Shown here in pieces: positions 50,415-57,910 of a stretch of DNA of 60,156 bases; the stretch's first letter is position 1; each line of letters starts with the position of its first letter. The position numbers and the translations under genes are program-made. This DNA is from a virus. The stretch is taken from positions 1 through 60,156 of the IMG/VR virus record IMGVR_UViG_3300010398_000003. One strand, 5' to 3'. The notes under the pieces were generated by a model. It worked only from the letters and a program-made list of their open reading frames with translations. It was not told where the DNA came from and did not search any database.

Positions 50415-52633
50415 CCGCACCGTGTACCGACTGCGACCAGCCGGCGGACGACTTCGTGGCGGTCACCGCTGACGACGAGGACCAGGTGGACGAGAACGTG
50501 GATCCGCGCGGTACCAAGGTCCGCGTGTTCGGCCCGATGCTCATCGCCCCGTACGGGAAGAAGACCGGCGACCGGCGGCGCTTCGCCGCGCAGTCCCTCA
50601 CCAACCGGGACACCCCGCTCGCGGTGAAGTGGCAGCGCGCTGACGAAAAGGGGCACTCCACCAGTGTCGTCGTGGCCGCGATCGACGAGATCGAGCACCG
50701 TGACGACGGTGTATACGGCTCCGGAATCATCTTCGATCCGGACCCCGACCAGCTGCCCCGCCTCGCCGAGGACGTGGCCGAGTTCAACCTCCTGGCCTCC
50801 CAGGGCGTCCTGGGCCCGTCGGTGGACCTGGACGCGATGGAGTTCCGCGCGCTGCCGCCCGAGGGCGACGAGCATGCGGGCGAACTAGCGGCCGGCGAGG
50901 AGCGTCCGGAGATCGAGGTCACCTCGGGTCGGATCTCCGCCGTCACCGCCGTGGTCATCCCGGCCTTCGCCGAGGTGGACCGGTTCGCGATCCGCGAGGA
51001 GGATGCGGGCGAGTACGCGGCCCGCAAGGAGGCGGCGTACTCCGCCCTCACGGCGGCCGTGCGGGCGACCGGCTGGACCGATATGCCCTTGGCCGCGCCC
51101 GGTACCGCGTGGGACGCGGAGGCCGCCCAGCAGCGGATCAAGTCGTGGGCCGGTGGCGACATGGGCAAGTATGCCCAGGCGTTCCTCTGGAGCGGCGAGC
51201 CGGCGCAAAACCTGACCTCGTACAAGTTCCCCCTCGCCGACGTGATCGGTGGCCAGCTCAAGCTGGTCCCGAAGGCCGTCACCGCCGCGTCCGGTGTGTT
51301 GGCCGGTGCGATGGGTGGCACGAGCCTGCCCATGGCCGACCAGGCACGCATGCACGGCGTCCTCGTCGCACTGAAGTCACGCTTCGACCCGGATCAGGAC
51401 GGCGACGACGACCGGGACGACCTGAGCGAGAACGGCGAGGGCGCGCACGGGCTCGATGCGACCACCTTCACCGCGCTGGTGGATGAGCTGGGGCCGGAGC
51501 TGGACGGCGAGGCGGCCACCTTCGGCGCGCGGTTCGACGCGATCGTAGCGAAGCTACGTGGACGCAAGGGGATCGCGGACCCGGCAGCCGTCGCCGCCTC
51601 CATCGGCCGGGCGAAGTATGGCAAGAAGGGCATGGCCCGGCTGCGGGCCGGCGTCAGCCCGAGCAAGGTGAAGCCGCTCGCGGCCAGTGGCCGGCTGACC
51701 GCGCTGATCGCAGCGGCCGTGACCGGTGACTGGGCCGGCGTGGAGGAGGACGACGTGCGCGAGCTGGCCAGCCTGACCGCGAGTGGCTACGTGCCGGCGG
51801 CCGTGGACTCCACCTGGTTCGACAACCCGAAGCTGGACCGGCCCACTCCGCTCCGGATCACCGAGGACGGCCGGGTGTTTGGGCATGTCGCCGACTGGAA
51901 GACCTGCCACACGGCCTTCGCCGGCTGCGTGCGCGCCCCGAAGTCCAAGAGCAACTATGCGTACTTCCACGTGGGCGAGACGCTCACCGACAAAGGCCCC
52001 CTCGCAGTCGGGAAGCTGACCATCGGTGGTGGCCATGCAGACGGCCAGTTCGGGTACCGTGCGGCGGCAGCCCACTACGACGACGTGGCGACTGCCGTCG
52101 CCGAGGTGCGGGCCGGCGAGGACAAGCACGGCATCTGGGTGGCCGGCCGGCTCCTGCCCGGTGTGCAGGGTACCGAGCGGGAGGCCGAGCTGCGTCGCTC
52201 GCCGCTGTCCGGTGACTGGCGTCCCATCGGTGGCCACCTGGAGATGATCGCCGCGCTGGGGGTCAACTCGCCGGGCTTCCCGATCCCGCGCGTGGCCTTG
52301 GCCGCCTCCGGCGCGGTCGATCCGGAGGCGGAAGGCCAGGTGGTCTCGCTCGTCGCGGCCGGCGTCCTGGCACCCGCCCGGCCGGCGATGACATTCGACC
52401 TGGAGCAGGTACAGACGGTGGCCCGCGCGGCGGCCCAGGCTGTCCTGGACGAGCAGGCGGCGGCCGGCCGGCGCGCCAAGGCCCAGGGACTGTTCGCTGT
52501 GATGGACGACACCGACGACCAGCAGAACCTGGTCATGCGGCGCCGGAAGGCCAAGAAGGCGGCCATGGCCGTATCCTCGGGCGCGAAGGCGGTCGGCGCG
52601 CGGTCGGCCGGCGGCGACTACCAGGGGGGGTAG
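50411..52633 (+). CDS. prohead (capsid maturation) protease with long C-terminal extension
   Basis: 740 aa. KWQRADEKGHSTSVVVAAIDEIEHRDDGVYG, GVLGPSVDLD and ISAVTAVVIPAFAEV parallel the HK97/S78 protease His, Ser and strand motifs. A second similar block lies near AGEDKHGIWVAGRLL...LSGDWRP...VNSPGFPIPR. Confidence 0.75.
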   Translation: MTAPCTDCDQPADDFVAVTADDEDQVDENVDPRGTKVRVFGPMLIAPYGKKTGDRRRFAAQSLTNRDTPLAVKWQRADEKGHSTSVVVAAIDEIEHRDDGVYGSGIIFDPDPDQLPRLAEDVAEFNLLASQGVLGPSVDLDAMEFRALPPEGDEHAGELAAGEERPEIEVTSGRISAVTAVVIPAFAEVDRFAIREEDAGEYAARKEAAYSALTAAVRATGWTDMPLAAPGTAWDAEAAQQRIKSWAGGDMGKYAQAFLWSGEPAQNLTSYKFPLADVIGGQLKLVPKAVTAASGVLAGAMGGTSLPMADQARMHGVLVALKSRFDPDQDGDDDRDDLSENGEGAHGLDATTFTALVDELGPELDGEAATFGARFDAIVAKLRGRKGIADPAAVAASIGRAKYGKKGMARLRAGVSPSKVKPLAASGRLTALIAAAVTGDWAGVEEDDVRELASLTASGYVPAAVDSTWFDNPKLDRPTPLRITEDGRVFGHVADWKTCHTAFAGCVRAPKSKSNYAYFHVGETLTDKGPLAVGKLTIGGGHADGQFGYRAAAAHYDDVATAVAEVRAGEDKHGIWVAGRLLPGVQGTEREAELRRSPLSGDWRPIGGHLEMIAALGVNSPGFPIPRVALAASGAVDPEAEGQVVSLVAAGVLAPARPAMTFDLEQVQTVARAAAQAVLDEQAAAGRRAKAQGLFAVMDDTDDQQNLVMRRRKAKKAAMAVSSGAKAVGARSAGGDYQGG

Positions 52634-52635
52634 CG

Positions 52636-52812
52636 ATGGCGTGCGGATGCCAGGGTGGGCAGTACGGCACGGTGGCGGAGCCGGCGCAGAAGGCGTACGA
52701 GTCGGCCCCGAAGGACGCGCCCGTGCGGCGGTTCGAAGGCGTGGACGCGTACAGCGAGGCACGGCAGTACGCAGCCCGTAACGGTGGCGGACGCGTCCGC
52801 GAGGTGGACTGA
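52636..52812 (+). CDS. 58-aa hypothetical protein
   Basis: ATG 52636 lies 3 nt after the protease stop. Sequence begins MACGCQGGQYGTVAEPAQKAYESAPKD. Below the ORF-track cut-off. Confidence 0.4.
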   Translation: MACGCQGGQYGTVAEPAQKAYESAPKDAPVRRFEGVDAYSEARQYAARNGGGRVREVD

Positions 52813-52817
52813 TCCAG

Positions 52818-53213
52818 GTGGACGCGGCTGAACTGTACGCGGCCCGGCGTGCCAACGAGGACGTCGACTGGCTGGTGGCTCAGCTTGCCGTCCTCGCCCT
52901 GGAGCCGGCGCTGAGGCCGGAGACGCGCGCGCTCGGCGCCGATCCGACCGCCCAGGGCTGGCCGGCCGAGTTCGCTTCGACGGGCACCGCGCTACACCCG
53001 GCCTCGACCGAACGGCTCATGGAGTACTGGTCGCACGGTGAGGGCGCGGCGAAGGTGCGCTGGCCGGAGCCGTGTGCGTTCTGCCGCTGCCTGGACCACC
53101 TGGCTAAGTACTTCCCGAAGGACCCGAAAGGGCTCTGCGCCAACCTGGAGCGGCGAGCGACCGGGCACTGGCCGAACCCCGAGCATCACCGGACCCACCA
53201 CTGCCCGTGCTGA
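52818..53213 (+). CDS. hypothetical protein of the head module
   Basis: 131 aa. GTG follows GAGGTGG. LMEYWSHGEGAAKVRWPEPCAFCRCLDHLAKYFPKDPKGLCANL is a block I recall as commonly encoded near capsid genes in actinophages. Function unknown. Confidence 0.6.
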   Translation: MDAAELYAARRANEDVDWLVAQLAVLALEPALRPETRALGADPTAQGWPAEFASTGTALHPASTERLMEYWSHGEGAAKVRWPEPCAFCRCLDHLAKYFPKDPKGLCANLERRATGHWPNPEHHRTHHCPC

Positions 53214-53301
53214 CGCGGTAGTCCACAATGGACATACGTGAGCGCGCATGAGCTGGTGATGCACTGGGTATATGGCGGGAAACCTCCGAGAGGACACCGT
53301 C

Positions 53302-53511
53302 ATGGTCAAGAAGGACGCCCAGAAGGACCCGACCGAGGCTCAGGCCGCCGACCCGGAACGGCAGGCGCCGGACACCACCCAGCGGGAGCAGAGCGCCCCG
53401 ACCCGGGGCCCAGCCGGTGAGGTGGTCGGGGAGCGGCCCCTTTCGGCCGACGAGCGCCGACTGATGCACGAGCAGGACGTCGAGCGGGGGGCGGCCGACG
53501 TCGGCATGTAG
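53302..53511 (+). CDS. hypothetical small hydrophilic protein
   Basis: ATG 53302 after GAGAGGA, in frame within ORF 53272..53511. 69 aa. Confidence 0.45.
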   Translation: MVKKDAQKDPTEAQAADPERQAPDTTQREQSAPTRGPAGEVVGERPLSADERRLMHEQDVERGAADVGM

Positions 53512-53543
53512 GCTGGGCGCGACCCAGCTGGGACCGGACAGAG

Positions 53544-53577
53544 CGAGGCCCCCACCGACCTTACGGTGGGGGCCTCG
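53544..53577. terminator. bidirectional terminator between the late genes and the inverted island
   Basis: CGAGGCCCCCACCG (53544-53557) pairs perfectly with CGGTGGGGGCCTCG (53564-53577) around a 6-nt loop, followed by TCGTATTGT. Confidence 0.75.
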
Positions 53578-53585
53578 TCGTATTG

Positions 53586-53864
53586 TCAGGCGGACGCGCG
53601 GCGGCACGGTCGCGTACCGCAGTGCGCGCAGAAGCCGGTCAGGCTAGCTGGCTCTGTCAGCTCGTACATCCCATCTGGGATGTGCTCCGAGTACCGGGAC
53701 GGCGATTCACGGGGGCTTCCGTCCCGGTCAAGGTAGTAGTTCCCGCTGTGAAGGCGCAGCACGGTGATCCCACGTGCGCGGGATCGCGTCACGTCCCCGT
53801 CGATCACTGTCGCGAGCCCGGCGGCGATTCGGACTAGGCTGCCATTCGGTGGGCGGTCCTTCAC
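53586..53864 (-). CDS. hypothetical protein, last gene of the island
   Basis: GTG 53864 overlaps the glycohydrolase stop (GTGA), in frame within ORF 53586..54071. 92 aa. C-terminal CAHCGTRPC. Confidence 0.5.
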   Translation of the reverse strand: MKDRPPNGSLVRIAAGLATVIDGDVTRSRARGITVLRLHSGNYYLDRDGSPRESPSRYSEHIPDGMYELTEPASLTGFCAHCGTRPCRRASA

Positions 53865-54856
53865 GCCGTCGCCCCCTCCAGCTCCTGGCGAAACTCGATC
53901 TTGCTGTACCAGTCGGCCGGCCAGGCGGTGAAGCCGTACGCGGCGCCGGCCAGCGCGCCCGTGATCGCCGCGATCGAGTCGCTGTCGCCGCCCGTCGCGG
54001 CGGCCCGCCGGATCGCCAACACCGGGTCGCCGGGAAATAGGAGCAGGCAGGCCAGCGCGGTGGCCAGGCACTGCTCGGCCGTCCAGCCTTCACCCGTTAT
54101 CACGCACGGGTCCGCGTACCGGTCGTCCACCTGGAGCGCGGTCTCGACTGACCAGAGTGCGTCCTGGCATTCGAACCATCCCATGCGGGCCACCTGGAGC
54201 GGACGCGGGAACGCGCCCTCGCGGGTCGCCATCGCCCAGTCCTGGCACTCGCTGACCAGGTAGGGCAGCAGATCACTCAGCGAGCAGCCGGTGGCGAGGG
54301 CCCGGACCGCCTGGGCGGTCAGCTGCGCGGCGGCTACGGCCGTGGGATGCCGGTGGGTGATGACCGCCTGCATACGCGCGGCGTAGATCATGTCCATCTC
54401 GCCCCACGGCAAGAGCGCGACTGGTGCCACCCGCATGTTGGCACCGCAGCCCTTGGACAACTGGTCGCCAGCCCGGAATAGAGGGGCACCACCGGCCAGC
54501 CGGCGCAGCGAGGTCATTACGGTCATGCCCGGGTGGCGCCCGTCGTGGCCACCGTACCGGCCGTCCAGGTAGGCAAGAAACTCGGTCCGGACCGCCTCGC
54601 GGAGAAGGTACGAACGTCCCAGATCGGTCATGAGCGGCGCAGTCTGACGGGTGGCGGACGCGATGGCCTCGGCCAGGGCCAGCGTCATCTGGGTGTCGTC
54701 GGTGACCCTCCAGTCGTGAACGGCGGGTGTGGCTGGCCCGAGTTGGCCGTACCTGTGCAGGATCTCGCCGTAGCGCATGAACTCGGTCTCCGCGCCGAGC
54801 GCGTCGCCGTAGGCGGTGCCGAACAGGACACCCATCCTGGTGTTGTGGTCGATCAT
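53861..54856 (-). CDS. ADP-ribosylglycohydrolase (ARH/DraG family)
   Basis: ATG 54856 after AGGAGAGGAG. 331 aa. GTAYGDALGAETE, VTDDTQMTLALAEA and TGGDSDSIAAITGALAGAAYG are the metal-binding signature blocks of the ARH family, and all are intact. Confidence 0.9.
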   Translation of the reverse strand: MIDHNTRMGVLFGTAYGDALGAETEFMRYGEILHRYGQLGPATPAVHDWRVTDDTQMTLALAEAIASATRQTAPLMTDLGRSYLLREAVRTEFLAYLDGRYGGHDGRHPGMTVMTSLRRLAGGAPLFRAGDQLSKGCGANMRVAPVALLPWGEMDMIYAARMQAVITHRHPTAVAAAQLTAQAVRALATGCSLSDLLPYLVSECQDWAMATREGAFPRPLQVARMGWFECQDALWSVETALQVDDRYADPCVITGEGWTAEQCLATALACLLLFPGDPVLAIRRAAATGGDSDSIAAITGALAGAAYGFTAWPADWYSKIEFRQELEGATA

Positions 54857-54929
54857 CTCGGTCTCCTCTCCTGAGACTCCAGTGCGGCGCCCGGTCCACC
54901 CCTCCGGGACCGGGCGCCGCACAAGGGCG

Positions 54930-55301
54930 TCAGTGGGCGGTCAGGTTTAGCGCGGTGATCCAGCGGCCGGTGCGGGGGACCACGTAGGTAGCCACGGTCT
55001 CGGGGATGATGTGCAGCTGGATGCCCTCGGGGATCTTGATGCCCTCCACGGTCGCGGAGTCATCCGCGAAGACCTCGTAGGCGCCGAGCGCCGCGTTGCC
55101 GTTGGTGACGACACCTTCACCGCTCTCGCCCTCCCGGACGATCACGATCTGGTGCTCGTCGCCGGCCTCGTCCACCAGGGCGTCGAAGGTGTAAGGCCCC
55201 TGGCCGCCGCGCCCGTCCATGGTGAAGCGGTACCGGGCGACTGTGCCCTCGGTGTCGACGTAGGCGAAAAACCCGTGCTGGCTGTGGGTCTTGATCTCCA
55301 T
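54930..55301 (-). CDS. hypothetical protein, first gene of the ARH sub-operon
   Basis: ATG 55301 after AGGAGG, in frame within ORF 54930..55886. 123 aa, beta-type. It lies 19 nt downstream of element B. Confidence 0.6.
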   Translation of the reverse strand: MEIKTHSQHGFFAYVDTEGTVARYRFTMDGRGGQGPYTFDALVDEAGDEHQIVIVREGESGEGVVTNGNAALGAYEVFADDSATVEGIKIPEGIQLHIIPETVATYVVPRTGRWITALNLTAH

Positions 55302-55320
55302 GGTGACCTCCTGGTCGGTC

Positions 55321-55372
55321 CCTGTCGTGCGTACCTCTACAGCATAGCCCGCCTTGACGCACCCGTCAAGGC
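55321..55372 (-). promoter_or_regulatory. promoter/operator B: sigma70-like hexamers, palindrome and dyad element
   Basis: The minus strand reads TTGACG (55369-55364)-17 nt-TATGCT (55346-55341), then GCTGTAGAGGTACGCACGACAGG (55343-55321). The palindrome GCCTTGACG / CGTCAAGGC at 55351-55372 contains TTGAC-N6-GTCAA. It lies inside the 3' end of CDS 55337..55804. Confidence 0.65.
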
Positions 55373-55804
55373 GTCCCACTGGGCCCGGTACGCATCCCGC
55401 AACATCTCTGCCGTGAACCCGCCGACACGGCGTACCCGATCGTGGACCGCCTGCCGGCTGATATCCAGCACCTCGGCCACCACCTCGCGCGGAACATCCT
55501 GCTGGTAGTAGCCAATGTGCCAGGCGCATGCCCGGCCCAGCGGCGTACCCCACCAGCGGAAGTCCGGTTGGACGTGCAGTTCGGTCGCGATGTCGTGGGC
55601 GGCCTGGCGCGCCCGGGTGGCCAGCGTGGTCTCGTCGGCGTCCGGGGTATCCATGGCCAGCTCGCGCCAGTAGAAGCGGGAGACTCCGGCCACCGTCGCC
55701 TCGCACTGCTCGCCAAGGATGGCGCGGGCTCGCCGGTACAGCACCGCGATCTCGCGGGTCAGCTGCGCGTGCACGGTCCGGCCGGTGGCGGGATTCGGGA
55801 TCAC
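55337..55804 (-). CDS. HTH-containing protein (regulator candidate)
   Basis: 155 aa. REVVAEVLDISRQAVHDRVRRVGG is an HTH-like segment. The stop TAG lies inside element B. Confidence 0.55.
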   Translation of the reverse strand: MIPNPATGRTVHAQLTREIAVLYRRARAILGEQCEATVAGVSRFYWRELAMDTPDADETTLATRARQAAHDIATELHVQPDFRWWGTPLGRACAWHIGYYQQDVPREVVAEVLDISRQAVHDRVRRVGGFTAEMLRDAYRAQWDALTGASRRAML

Positions 55805-56106
55805 GGTACGTCCTTTCCGACGGTCCGGCGCTTGAGCATCGGCCGGGCCGCGTCCGCCTCGCAGGCGTTACGGACCACGTTGGCAAAGTGGGCGTTAGCG
55901 ATCAGGGATACCAGCTCGTTTTCGGCGAGCTGCGCGTGCATGTGGTACGTCTCGTAGTCCGGGGCGGCCCGTTCCGGCAATGAACGGACGCGGTGGGCTG
56001 CCCGCATGATCTCTCCGGCCGCCTGCCCCATCCGCGTTGCCAACTCCGCCAGCTGCTCGCCGAGTTGCTCGGCGCGTTGGGCCTCGATGTCGATAGCCAT
56101 GATCAT
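55801..56106 (-). CDS. hypothetical helical protein
   Basis: ATG 56106 overlaps the upstream stop (ATGA) after AGGAGAGGA, in frame within ORF 55801..56403. 101 aa. Confidence 0.55.
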   Translation of the reverse strand: MIMAIDIEAQRAEQLGEQLAELATRMGQAAGEIMRAAHRVRSLPERAAPDYETYHMHAQLAENELVSLIANAHFANVVRNACEADAARPMLKRRTVGKDVP

Positions 56107-56348
56107 TCCTCTCCTGCGCGCTGGCGGCCCACTGAGGGCCACGCCGGAGCCGCGTAACCGATAACCTGGACGAACCGCCAGCGCTCGTTCAGTTCGATGG
56201 TGATGCCGGCGCCGGGCTTGTCGCTCAGCGCTGCGCCTCCGCTGGCCTCGTCGCCGAACTTGCCGACAACGGTCACGCCGACCGGCATGTCCGGGCCGTC
56301 GAGCAGCGCGCGGGCCAACTCGTGGGTGGTCATGGGCTTGGGGTCCAT
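56103..56348 (-). CDS. hypothetical protein
   Basis: ATG 56348 after GAGGAGGCAAGGA, in frame within ORF 56103..56384. 81 aa. It lies 23 nt downstream of element C. Confidence 0.55.
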   Translation of the reverse strand: MDPKPMTTHELARALLDGPDMPVGVTVVGKFGDEASGGAALSDKPGAGITIELNERWRFVQVIGYAAPAWPSVGRQRAGEE

Positions 56349-56371
56349 CAAAATCCTTGCCTCCTCGAACG

Positions 56372-56430
56372 CCTGTCGTGTCATGCTCTACAGCATAGGC
56401 CACCTTGACGGTGATGTCAAGGTGGCCTAT
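56372..56430 (-). promoter_or_regulatory. promoter/operator C: sigma70-like hexamers, 15-bp-arm palindrome and dyad element
   Basis: The minus strand reads TTGACA (56420-56415)-17 nt-TATGCT (56397-56392), then GCTGTAGAGCATGACACGACAGG (56394-56372). A perfect palindrome ATAGGCCACCTTGAC-N6-GTCAAGGTGGCCTAT spans 56395-56430. Confidence 0.65.
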
Positions 56431-56440
56431 GCGTGGCAGG

Positions 56441-56830
56441 TCAGAAGCCGGGCGGCCGACGCCCCTGGAAACCGTGCGGTGGGGAGTGCGGATGCCAGAG
56501 CCTGATCGCCACCACCGAATGGAGGGGGATGTTGTAGTAGTGGCCCGAGTACCGCCAGTCCCGGTCGTTGCCGTGCTCGTCCTTGCCGCCGGGGATGTAC
56601 CGCGCCAGGACGATCTCCCACAGCCCGTTGAACTCGATGAGATCGATCATCTGGCCTTCGATGAAGGTATCGTCCCGGGCACGTCCGGACGGTGACCAGT
56701 GGATCCGCACGAAGTGACGGAGGTAGGTGCGCGTCGTCGCGCGTTGGGCCTCGGGGGTGGCGTAGTCGTTCATGTAGATGATGCGCTCGGGTGAACCCCG
56801 GGGGCGCCGTCCGCGCTTCTCTCCACTCAT
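56441..56830 (-). CDS. hypothetical protein (paralogue of 56827..57195)
   Basis: ATG 56830 overlaps the upstream stop (ATGA) after GGAGG. 129 aa. It shares the block RDWRYSGHYYNIPLHSVVAIRLW with the neighbour's RDRWYRGEQTVAIPLWAIKSIRRW. Confidence 0.55.
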   Translation of the reverse strand: MSGEKRGRRPRGSPERIIYMNDYATPEAQRATTRTYLRHFVRIHWSPSGRARDDTFIEGQMIDLIEFNGLWEIVLARYIPGGKDEHGNDRDWRYSGHYYNIPLHSVVAIRLWHPHSPPHGFQGRRPPGF

Positions 56831-57195
56831 ATCGGCCTCCGTGGTGGTGGTACCCGCCGCCGTGGGGGTGGCGCCGGGGGAGTCCAACGCCGGATCGACT
56901 TGATCGCCCAGAGTGGTATCGCGACGGTCTGTTCGCCCCGGTACCACCTGTCCCTGGCCTGGTACCACGGCTCGATCACGATCTCGGGCATGCCGCTACC
57001 GCGCCCCACCCACAGCACCGTGCCGTGCGTGGTCTGATCGCTGATCTCCGCGCTAGGTATCGTCCACTCGACCTGGACGCCTTTCTCCAGGAACCACTTC
57101 GCCACACGGATCCGGTCATCATCCGTGCGGCGCCGGGTCATGTCGATGAAGCCGGGGGGCGGCCGGTCCGGACGCCCCCCTTCCCGCCCGGTCAC
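56827..57195 (-). CDS. hypothetical protein (paralogue of 56441..56830)
   Basis: GTG 57195 overlaps the upstream stop (GTGA). 122 aa with a Pro/Arg-rich tail. Confidence 0.5.
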   Translation of the reverse strand: MTGREGGRPDRPPPGFIDMTRRRTDDDRIRVAKWFLEKGVQVEWTIPSAEISDQTTHGTVLWVGRGSGMPEIVIEPWYQARDRWYRGEQTVAIPLWAIKSIRRWTPPAPPPRRRVPPPRRPI

Positions 57196-57557
57196 ACCGC
57201 CCGCGTGATGAAGCTGCGCAGAAGCGTCAGCACATGCTCGATGGCGCCGAGCTGGTCGTCGATCTGCTCGGCCATGAGCGAGAGCGCCGCGCCCTGTTCG
57301 TCCAGCTTTTGGCCCACCTCGGCCAGGGCGGCGGCGATGCCGGCCCCGGTGATATGCGCGACGTGGCTCGGCAAGGTGATCTGCGCCATCTCCGCCGCAT
57401 ACCTGGTCTGCGTGCCGGCGAGCGACAGGCTACTGATCATGGGATCCTGGAGTGCATCCCGGGCCAGCAGGAATGCCGTCTTGACCTCGTTCTCAATGAA
57501 TGCGATAAGCGCCAGTACCGCAGGCTGGAAGTCGTCCAGCCCCGCGTATCCGGTCAC
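57192..57557 (-). CDS. hypothetical all-helical protein
   Basis: GTG 57557 after GGAGAGAGGGG. 121 aa, Ala/Leu/Gln-rich. Confidence 0.55.
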   Translation of the reverse strand: MTGYAGLDDFQPAVLALIAFIENEVKTAFLLARDALQDPMISSLSLAGTQTRYAAEMAQITLPSHVAHITGAGIAAALAEVGQKLDEQGAALSLMAEQIDDQLGAIEHVLTLLRSFITRAV

Positions 57558-57593
57558 GGCTACGCCCCTCTCTCCTATCGGGAATTGCGCGGA

Positions 57594-57788
57594 TCAGCGG
57601 TCGGGCATCTCGTTCGGCAGATCCTTGACGTAGCGGTCCGGGTTGCCCAGAGGGCCGCTCACGTCCTCGGGCTTGACGGGCTGGGCCTTCGCCTGCCGCT
57701 CGCGCGCCTCCTCGTTCTCCTTGACGCGGCGGGCCAGGTCGGCGTCGGACTTGGCGGTGAGGCGTGGCTGCCTGCGCCAGTTGACCAT
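57594..57788 (-). CDS. hypothetical small charged protein
   Basis: ATG 57788 after GGGAGA, in frame within ORF 57594..57851. 64 aa. First ORF after element D. Confidence 0.45.
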   Translation of the reverse strand: MVNWRRQPRLTAKSDADLARRVKENEEARERQAKAQPVKPEDVSGPLGNPDRYVKDLPNEMPDR

Positions 57789-57910
57789 GGTGATCTCCCA
57801 TTCCTGATAGAGGACTGGTGCGGGCGGGGGGCCGGTCTTGGTTGTGGGCACGGACCGATGTCCGGCACCCTGCCGGGTGCGCCCTGGCGGCAGCCTGCCC
57901 CGCCCGCTTA

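Noticed and set aside
48520-51351. Very long antisense ORFs (48520..51351 -, 26840..28708 -, 57927..59708 -, 1034..2302 -, 9526..11058 -, 25701..27107 -)
   Set aside because: Each lies opposite a plus-strand gene with recognisable motifs or protein-like composition. Their translations are Arg/Pro/Gly-rich low-complexity sequences, the expected artefact of high GC content.
56395-56430. The 15-bp-arm palindrome read purely as a rho-independent terminator for the first island sub-operon
   Set aside because: No T-tract follows it on the minus strand. The same TTGAC-N6-GTCAA core recurs at two other promoters, one of them inside a coding region. An operator role, possibly dual with attenuation, therefore fits better.
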